This document shows, in pieces, positions 26,056 through 32,000 of a stretch of DNA of 32,000 bases. The translations under genes and the position numbers were made by a program. The notes beneath the pieces were generated by a model, which saw nothing but the letters and a program-made list of their open reading frames with translations, was not told the origin of the DNA and did no database searches. Source of the DNA: Candidatus Electronema halotolerans. Its GTDB lineage: Bacteria > Desulfobacterota > Desulfobulbia > Desulfobulbales > Desulfobulbaceae. Numbering within the stretch: position 1 is the stretch's first letter; each line of letters starts with the position of its first letter. The stretch is taken from NCBI GenBank assembly GCA_942493095.1, contig OW818675.1:2940001-2972000 (forward strand). Direction: 5' to 3'.

Positions 26056-26484
26056 TTATTTTTTTAAAAAACCTCTTAAAACCCACTTAGAAAGCGGGAT
26101 GTTTAAGAAGCCCAATAACCATAAAACAACGATAGGAAGAAGTGTAAGTTTGAAAAAGTAACTATAATTATAATGTTTATTGTGAACTGGTACTCGCCAT
26201 TCCCCACGTTTTATTCTATTGTTTATCTCTTCTAACAACTGCGTTAATAAATCAGAGGAACCTTCTGGTATTTCCTTTAATTTTGGTGTGGTTTTTATGT
26301 AAACTGTTTCTATGCAAACAAAATTTGAATCATAATTATTCTGTGCCGTCTTGTACGCGTAAATGGAGTAGACAAGAACACAAACAGCCCATAAGGTTGA
26401 AACAGCGATGCCCAATCGTGTCCATCCACCAAGCCTGTCGCTGAATTGCTTAAAAGTTAAAAAATGCTCACCTAATTTCGTCAC
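26056..26484 (-). CDS. Small membrane protein (hypothetical)
   Basis: Two hydrophobic segments; adjacent to and co-directional with 25054..26052. Confidence 0.55.
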   Translation of the reverse strand: MTKLGEHFLTFKQFSDRLGGWTRLGIAVSTLWAVCVLVYSIYAYKTAQNNYDSNFVCIETVYIKTTPKLKEIPEGSSDLLTQLLEEINNRIKRGEWRVPVHNKHYNYSYFFKLTLLPIVVLWLLGFLNIPLSKWVLRGFLKK

Positions 26485-26546
26485 ACCGTCCTCTGAGAGT
26501 TACTGTTGTAGTTTTTCTCATTCCTGCTGCTCCAGCGTGAGAGTGC

Positions 26547-27944
26547 CTACTTCCCAATACAAAACTTGGAAAACACCGCATCCAGCACATCATCCGGTGT
26601 GGTCAGGCCGACAATATCAGCAAGATAATCCAGCACTGTCTGGAGATCAACCGCAATTAAATCAGCAGGCTGCTGCGCCAGCAGGGTTTGCTCAAGCTGC
26701 TGACAGGCTGCCAGAGCCTTTTCTAAAATCATCGCATGGCGAAGATTGGGCGCACAGGCGGGCTGCTCATCCATGCCCTCGCTGCTGCCCATTGCCGCCT
26801 GCCAGATCGCATCCAACAATGCCTCAATGCCTTGACCGCGCTTGGCCGCTGTCAGCACCTGTGTTTCTTGCACAAATTCAAGGCTGATCTGCTCTGCCAG
26901 CTCCGGCGCGGCAGCATCAATCTTGTTCAGCACCACAAGCCGCTTTTTGCCGCCAACCGACTGATAAAGCTGCCGGTCAAGCGCGGTCAGCTCCTGCGCC
27001 GCATCTATAACCAGTAGAACCAAGTCAGCCTGCTCCATCTTGCGCCGCGCCCGCTCAATGCCCAGTCCTTCCACAGCATCGGCATGATCACGAATACCTG
27101 CCGTATCAACCAGATGAACAGGAATACCGCGCACTGAAATCAACTCCTCAATGGTGTCGCGGGTGGTGCCGGGCAGATCAGCAACTAAGGCACGCTCTTC
27201 ACGCAGCAGGGCATTGAGCAAACTGGACTTGCCGACATTGGGCCGCCCGGCAATCACCGCCCGGATGCCCTCGCGCAAGACCTTGCCCTGCCCGGCTAAA
27301 GCCAGCAGGTTTTGCAAAGGCTCGTTAACCTGACTGCGCAATTGGCTGATAAGCTGATCTACAGGGAGAATCTCGGCGGCATCATCAGGAAAATCAATCG
27401 CCACCTCGATCAAGGCCAGCATTTCAACCAAGGCATCGCGGATTGCGCTGATCTGACTGTGGAGCGCGCCTTGCAGATGCTCGGCAGCAAGTTGGGCACT
27501 GGCAGCAGTGCGGGCCTCGATCAGGTCAATCACCGCTTCGGCGCGGGTGAGGTCAATCCGCCCGGCAAGAAATGCCCGCTTGGTGAACTCGCCCGGCTCG
27601 GCAGGCCGCGCCCCGGCAGCCAGCACCTCGGCAAGAATGGCCTGCAAAACTGGCCAGCTGCCGTGGCTCTGAATTTCCACCACATTTTCGCGGGTGTAGC
27701 TGTGCGGTGCCCGCATCAGCACCGCCATTGCCTCGTCCAAGACCATTCCGCTGCGGTCAACAATGTTCCCATAGCAGAACCGATGGCTTTGCCAAGCTGA
27801 CTGCGGACGATGGGGACGAAAGAGCTGCCGCAGAATCTGTTCCGCCAGCGGCCCGCTCAGGCGGATGATGCCGATGCCGCCGCTGCCCGGAGCCGTGGCA
27901 ATGGCGGCAATGGTGTCCTCAGTTTTGAACCGGGCTGTTGTCAT
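26547..27944 (-). CDS. mnmE: tRNA modification GTPase MnmE
   Basis: GRPNVGKSSLLNAL, DLPGTTRDTIEE, DTAGIRD, C-terminal FCIGK. Confidence 0.97.
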   Translation of the reverse strand: MTTARFKTEDTIAAIATAPGSGGIGIIRLSGPLAEQILRQLFRPHRPQSAWQSHRFCYGNIVDRSGMVLDEAMAVLMRAPHSYTRENVVEIQSHGSWPVLQAILAEVLAAGARPAEPGEFTKRAFLAGRIDLTRAEAVIDLIEARTAASAQLAAEHLQGALHSQISAIRDALVEMLALIEVAIDFPDDAAEILPVDQLISQLRSQVNEPLQNLLALAGQGKVLREGIRAVIAGRPNVGKSSLLNALLREERALVADLPGTTRDTIEELISVRGIPVHLVDTAGIRDHADAVEGLGIERARRKMEQADLVLLVIDAAQELTALDRQLYQSVGGKKRLVVLNKIDAAAPELAEQISLEFVQETQVLTAAKRGQGIEALLDAIWQAAMGSSEGMDEQPACAPNLRHAMILEKALAACQQLEQTLLAQQPADLIAVDLQTVLDYLADIVGLTTPDDVLDAVFSKFCIGK

Positions 27945-28821
27945 TCTTCCGCCCTTTGCCGCCCTTGCGATAGGGCTTTTTTTTGCCGGGCTTGTAGATC
28001 AGCACCTTTTTGAACAGGCCGTCGCCGACCGAGCGGCTGCGCACTTCCTTGTCTTCTTGCAGCAGAATATGCACCATCCGCCGCTCCGAGGGATTAAGGG
28101 CCGGGACAGCTTGGGTCATGCCGGTCTCGCGCACCTTGGCAGCCAGCTCCAGCACCTGCTCTTTCAGGGCCTCCATGCGCTGCTCGCGGTAATCGCCGAC
28201 CTCCAAAGAGAGATTGGTCCGCTCCGGCAGCAGCTTGGAGGTCATCTTCCGCAGCAGATACTGGAGGCTGTCCAAAGTTCTGCCGTCCTGCCCGGTCAGC
28301 ACCTCCTGATGCTCGCCGCTGACTTTGCAGAGCACGGTCTGGTTTTCCAGCTCCACGGTCACGGTTGACGACGGACAGCCCATCAGCTCCAGCAGGCGGA
28401 CAATATCTTGCCGCACCGCTTCCAAGGCCTCTGCTGGCGGCGGAAGATACGGTGTCGGCTCCGGCGGCGGCGCGGCGGCAGTCTTTTCCTCTGCCGCTGC
28501 TGGTGCGGGCGGAGAGGATTTTTTTCTCTCCCGTGGCGGCCTTTTCTTTTTCTTCTGCGGCGTTTCTGCCAAGGCAGGCGCTGCGTCCTCACCAGGCACT
28601 GCCGCATCCGGTTCAACTGCAACTTTTGCCGCAGGCGGCTGCCGCCCATCCTTGCGCCGCACCCGGATGCGGGCCTTTTTCCGGCAAAGACCGAAAATGC
28701 CGGGCGAGCCGGTTTCCAGCACCTCAATGTTCAGTTCTTCCTGCGAGGCAGCCAAGTCCTTGCAGGCACTGGCAATCGCGTCCGCGACTGTGCCGCCGTA
28801 AAAATTTTGTTCCTGTGCCAT
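27919..28821 (-). CDS. jag: Jag/KhpB-like RNA-binding protein (SpoIIIJ-associated)
   Basis: Jag-N (MAQEQNFYGGTVADAIASACKDL), Pro/Lys-rich linker, KH-like (TGQDGRTLDSLQYLLRKM) and R3H (ALNPSERRMVHILLQ) regions, located between yidC and mnmE. Confidence 0.92.
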   Translation of the reverse strand: MAQEQNFYGGTVADAIASACKDLAASQEELNIEVLETGSPGIFGLCRKKARIRVRRKDGRQPPAAKVAVEPDAAVPGEDAAPALAETPQKKKKRPPRERKKSSPPAPAAAEEKTAAAPPPEPTPYLPPPAEALEAVRQDIVRLLELMGCPSSTVTVELENQTVLCKVSGEHQEVLTGQDGRTLDSLQYLLRKMTSKLLPERTNLSLEVGDYREQRMEALKEQVLELAAKVRETGMTQAVPALNPSERRMVHILLQEDKEVRSRSVGDGLFKKVLIYKPGKKKPYRKGGKGRKNDNSPVQN

Positions 28822-28832
28822 GATGATGCTCC

Positions 28833-30485
28833 TCAGTTCGGCGAGGCCGCAGGCGCGGTCTGCCGGTTGATCAGCTGCTGTTGAAGGATGGAGAGCAGGT
28901 TGCTCACAAACCAGTACAGCACCAAGCCGGAGGCGAAGTTGATGAACATGACTGTGAAAATGACCGGCATGAACTGCATGATTTTGGCCTGCTGCGGATC
29001 CGCTGTGGTCGGAGTCATTTTCTGTTGAAAAAACATGGTGATGCCCATCAACAGGGTCAGCACCGGAATGCCGTGCAGATAGGGAATGTCAACTCCGATC
29101 ATCAGGCGGTCCGGGGCGGAAAGATCGTTGATCCAGAGCATGAACGGCGCATGGCGCAGCTCAATGGCCGCCATCAGCACCCGGTACAGGGCGAAGAAAA
29201 AGGGAATCTGAATCAGCATGGGCAGACAGCCGCCAAGCGGATTGACCTTGTACGTTTTATACAGGGCCATCATCTCCTGATTCATCCGGGCCGGATCATC
29301 CTTGTGCTTTTCCCGAATTTTGGCCATCTTGGGCTGAATCTTCTGCATATTGCGCATCGACTTCATGCCCTTGTGCGTGATCGGCCAGAAGGCCCCCTTG
29401 ACCAAGCAGGTCACAAGGATGATGGCAATGCCGTAATTGCCGAAAATACGGTGGAAAAAGTTGAGCAGCAGGAGCATGGGCTTGGCAAGGAGGTCAAACC
29501 AGCCAAAGTTGATGGTCTCAGCCAGATCATAGCCCACCTCTTTCAGATAGGACAGCTTTTTCGGGCCAAAATAGCCTTCATGCTCCAAGACCTTGGTCGT
29601 GCCCGCAGCTAATTCTGTCTTGTTTTCCGCCAGCACGGTGCGGATATGCTCTGCACCGACCTGGCTGATGGTCACAGTGCGCTGGCTGCTTTTCTCCGGC
29701 AGCAGGGTGAGCATGAAATAGCTGTCCATGTCAGCCGCCCAGCTCACCTCGCCTTGAAAAACTAACGGCCCATTGCTCAGGTCTTTCAGTTTGATTTCAT
29801 GGAGCTGGCGGTTCATATACACTGCCGGGCCGCTGAACAGCCTGCCGCTGCCGCTGCCGCCCTGAAACGGGCCGTTGCTCATGGACAGGGCCGGAGTCAT
29901 CTGCACTGCCGCCGGGCCGCTGTTGCTGACGGTGCAGACGCTACCGATCAGGTAGTTGTCAGCATGAAAGGTCAGCTTGCGCTCAATCGTGATTCCATCC
30001 CCCATATCAGCCCGCATGATCAGGGACTTGTCCTTATCGCCCTCTCTCAGGCTGACGACTGTTTTCTCGGCGATGAAAGGAGGCAGAACTGCTGCTGCGC
30101 CGCCATCCAAGGTGAAGGTCATGGGCAGTTCTGCCGGATTGCTGACTGTGACTAACTCCATCAGCGGCGCAGCCTCTTTTTGCGCTGTCCGGTATTTTTT
30201 CAGCTTGAAACTCTTCAGACCGCCGCCCTGCTCAAAAAAGACCGCCTTGTAGAGCGGTGTTTCCACGACAATGTCGCGGGCTTTAGGATCAACTGCCACG
30301 ACCGGCGGAGCAGATTTGGCTGCGGCAGTCGGCGCAGGCTCAGACTGGACTGCCGGAGCGGCGGCCTGCTGGCTCTGCTGCTGTTCAGCAGGCGCAGGCG
30401 GCTGGGGCGGCGTGAAAAAATACTGCCAGCCCAGCAGGATGAACATGGAAAGAATGATGGCCAATAAAGCCCGGTAGGTGTCCAT
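28833..30485 (-). CDS. yidC: Membrane protein insertase YidC
   Basis: [24 protein letters not shown], large periplasmic region, [59 protein letters not shown]-type core. Confidence 0.97.
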   Translation of the reverse strand: [550 protein letters not shown]

Positions 30486-30535
30486 TATGCAGGTTCTGTT
30501 GAAAAAAATGCCGGAATGGGAATCCGGCAGCGGAA

Positions 30536-30769
30536 CTATTCCACAGGATCATAGCCGCCAGCGGCAAAAGGATGGCAGCGCAGGATGCGCCGCACCGCCA
30601 GCAGGCTGCCCCGCAGCGCGCCGTGGCGGACCACAGCCTGCGCCGCATACTCAGAACAGGTGGGGATGTAGCGGCAGCAGGGCGGAAACAGCGGGGAAAT
30701 GCAGAGCTGATAGCCCCGCACCAGCAGCAGGCAGAAGGCCGCTGCCAGACTATGGCTGCGGCTGCGCAT
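30536..30769 (-). CDS. yidD: Membrane protein insertion efficiency factor YidD
   Basis: [57 protein letters not shown]. Confidence 0.95.
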   Translation of the reverse strand: MRSRSHSLAAAFCLLLVRGYQLCISPLFPPCCRYIPTCSEYAAQAVVRHGALRGSLLAVRRILRCHPFAAGGYDPVE

Positions 30770-31115
30770 GACTCTGCTCCGGCCTTCCGGTCAGCCGGGC
30801 GACTGCGGCGCGGACAGCATCCATGCCTGTGAGGGAAAATTCAGGCCGCACCGCCACAACAATGTCGCTGGCCAGCGGAAATATCTGCCGGTGCAGGCGG
30901 AAGGTTTCGCGGATGAGCCGTTTGATCCGATTGCGGCGCACCGCGCAGCCGGTTTTGCCCGGAACGCTGATGCCCAAACGGCTGTGCGGCAGCGCATTGG
31001 CAAGAAAAATCAACGCAAAACCGGAGCCGCGCAGCCGCCTGCCTTTTTGATAGACCAAGTTGTATTCTCTGGTCTTTCTGAGCAGACAGGATTTGGGCAG
31101 GGCGAACCGCTTCAT
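30750..31115 (-). CDS. rnpA: Ribonuclease P protein component
   Basis: [23 protein letters not shown]...[28 protein letters not shown]. Confidence 0.95.
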   Translation of the reverse strand: MKRFALPKSCLLRKTREYNLVYQKGRRLRGSGFALIFLANALPHSRLGISVPGKTGCAVRRNRIKRLIRETFRLHRQIFPLASDIVVAVRPEFSLTGMDAVRAAVARLTGRPEQSHAQPQP

Positions 31116-31120
31116 GCGGT

Positions 31121-31258
31121 TCAGGCGGAGAGCCGCTTCCGTCCTTTGGCCCGCCGCCGCCGGATGATTGCCTGACCGGAGCGGGTTTTCATGCGGGCGC
31201 GGAAACCGTGGGTGCGGGCGCGTTTGATATTGCTGGGCTGAAAGGTTCTTTTGCTCAT
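31121..31258 (-). CDS. rpmH: Ribosomal protein L34 (absent from the supplied ORF track)
   Basis: Translated by hand from the minus strand: [45 protein letters not shown]. Confidence 0.97.
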   Translation of the reverse strand: MSKRTFQPSNIKRARTHGFRARMKTRSGQAIIRRRRAKGRKRLSA

Positions 31259-31409
31259 GATGATTTCTGATGGGTCTGATTGATTGGATATCCAGCCTCT
31301 GTCCTCAGTGGAACTCCAGCTGGGCGGGCAATAGGTTCATGGACAGCAGAGGCTGCGGCATGTTGAAATGCGGGCAGACTGAGGCCGGTGCATTGATGTG
31401 AAGGGACAT

Positions 31410-31438
31410 ATTGTACTCAGCCGCCTTGCTGCTGTCAA
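31410..31438 (-). promoter_or_regulatory. Putative sigma70 promoter of the rpmH-rnpA operon
   Basis: Minus strand TTGACA, 17-nt spacer, TACAAT. Confidence 0.75.
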
Positions 31439-31532
31439 ATTATATTTTCCCTGTATTTCTTGCAGACTCCTGACCTTGCTGTCTCGTCAAGCGCAGGTCC
31501 GGCCCGCCTTCCTTGCTGCCGGACGCATGAAG

Positions 31533-32000
31533 TTATATGGAAAAATACGGGATGCCGTTCAGGCTTGAGGCTGTCTTCTGATTGATGCGCTGGATGCGCT
31601 GGGCCAGCAGTCTTGTCAAAAATAAAACATAATGCGGCTTTTCTTTGATCACCTGCACGAATTCTCGTTTTGAAACCTCTATCAGTCGGCCTTCTGTCTG
31701 CGCCCGCACGGTCGCGCTGCGATGATTGTTGAGCAGGAAGGACATCTCTCCCATGAACATGTCGTCAGAGTTGAGGCATGAGACAACTTTGCCATCCACA
31801 ACAACATCATATCGACCGCTGACGATGTAATAGAGATAACTGCTTGGCTCACCCTGATGAAATATAATTTCTCCCTCGCTGATCTTTCTTGCCTCAATAT
31901 TGACAAACAGGCTTGGGATCAGGCTGGATTCATCCTGATTGCAAACAAATTCAAAGGTGACAGAATTTCCTTTGTCATTATAGGATAAATTGCTGGTCAG
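31533..32000 (-). CDS. Cyclic nucleotide-binding (CNB/CAP-like) domain protein, 5' end outside the window
   Basis: The track ORF starts at 31799, but the frame is open to the window edge and adds ...NIEARKISEGEIIFHQGEPSSYLYYIVSGRYDVVVDGKVVSCLNSDDMFMGEMSFLLNNHRSATVRAQTEGRLIEVSK, a CNB-domain pattern. Confidence 0.8.
   Translation of the reverse strand: MTSNLSYNDKGNSVTFEFVCNQDESSLIPSLFVNIEARKISEGEIIFHQGEPSSYLYYIVSGRYDVVVDGKVVSCLNSDDMFMGEMSFLLNNHRSATVRAQTEGRLIEVSKREFVQVIKEKPHYVLFLTRLLAQRIQRINQKTASSLNGIPYFSI

Noticed and set aside
1-32000. tRNA, rRNA or CRISPR loci
   Set aside because: No convincing cloverleaf, rRNA or array pattern was recognised by eye; tRNAscan-SE and Infernal would be needed to exclude small RNA genes.

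Overview
GC-rich bacterial chromosome segment. Gene content (multiheme cytochromes, rhodanese/MBL protein, orphan LivM) would fit a sulfur-cycling Desulfobulbales-like deltaproteobacterium, but that is inference only. Housekeeping blocks: (i) L,D-transpeptidase, TerB/DUF533-like, CorC-like, lnt, small ORF, and prfB with an intact +1 programmed frameshift; (ii) trpD; (iii) the conserved rpmH-rnpA-yidD-yidC-jag-mnmE cluster on the minus strand, where rpmH (45 aa) is missing from the supplied ORF track. Accessory parts of most interest: (A) 184-2877, a run of small secreted proteins, two sharing an internal Gln/Asn-containing repeat, followed by a lipoprotein that looks CsgG/HfaB-like, i.e. a candidate curli-like secretion locus; (B) 17507-20367, a MACPF-domain gene with a C-terminal four-blade hemopexin-like domain, interrupted by an IS4-family element of about 1280 bp with matching 26-bp terminal inverted repeats and a perfect 9-bp target duplication (caaaaaaat). 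Removing the IS and one duplication copy restores a continuous 523-aa reading frame; (C) 20588-23605, two multiheme c-type cytochromes, one fused to a metallophosphatase-like domain and one membrane-anchored with a CX3CH motif in place of CXXCH. No tRNA, rRNA or CRISPR array was recognised.
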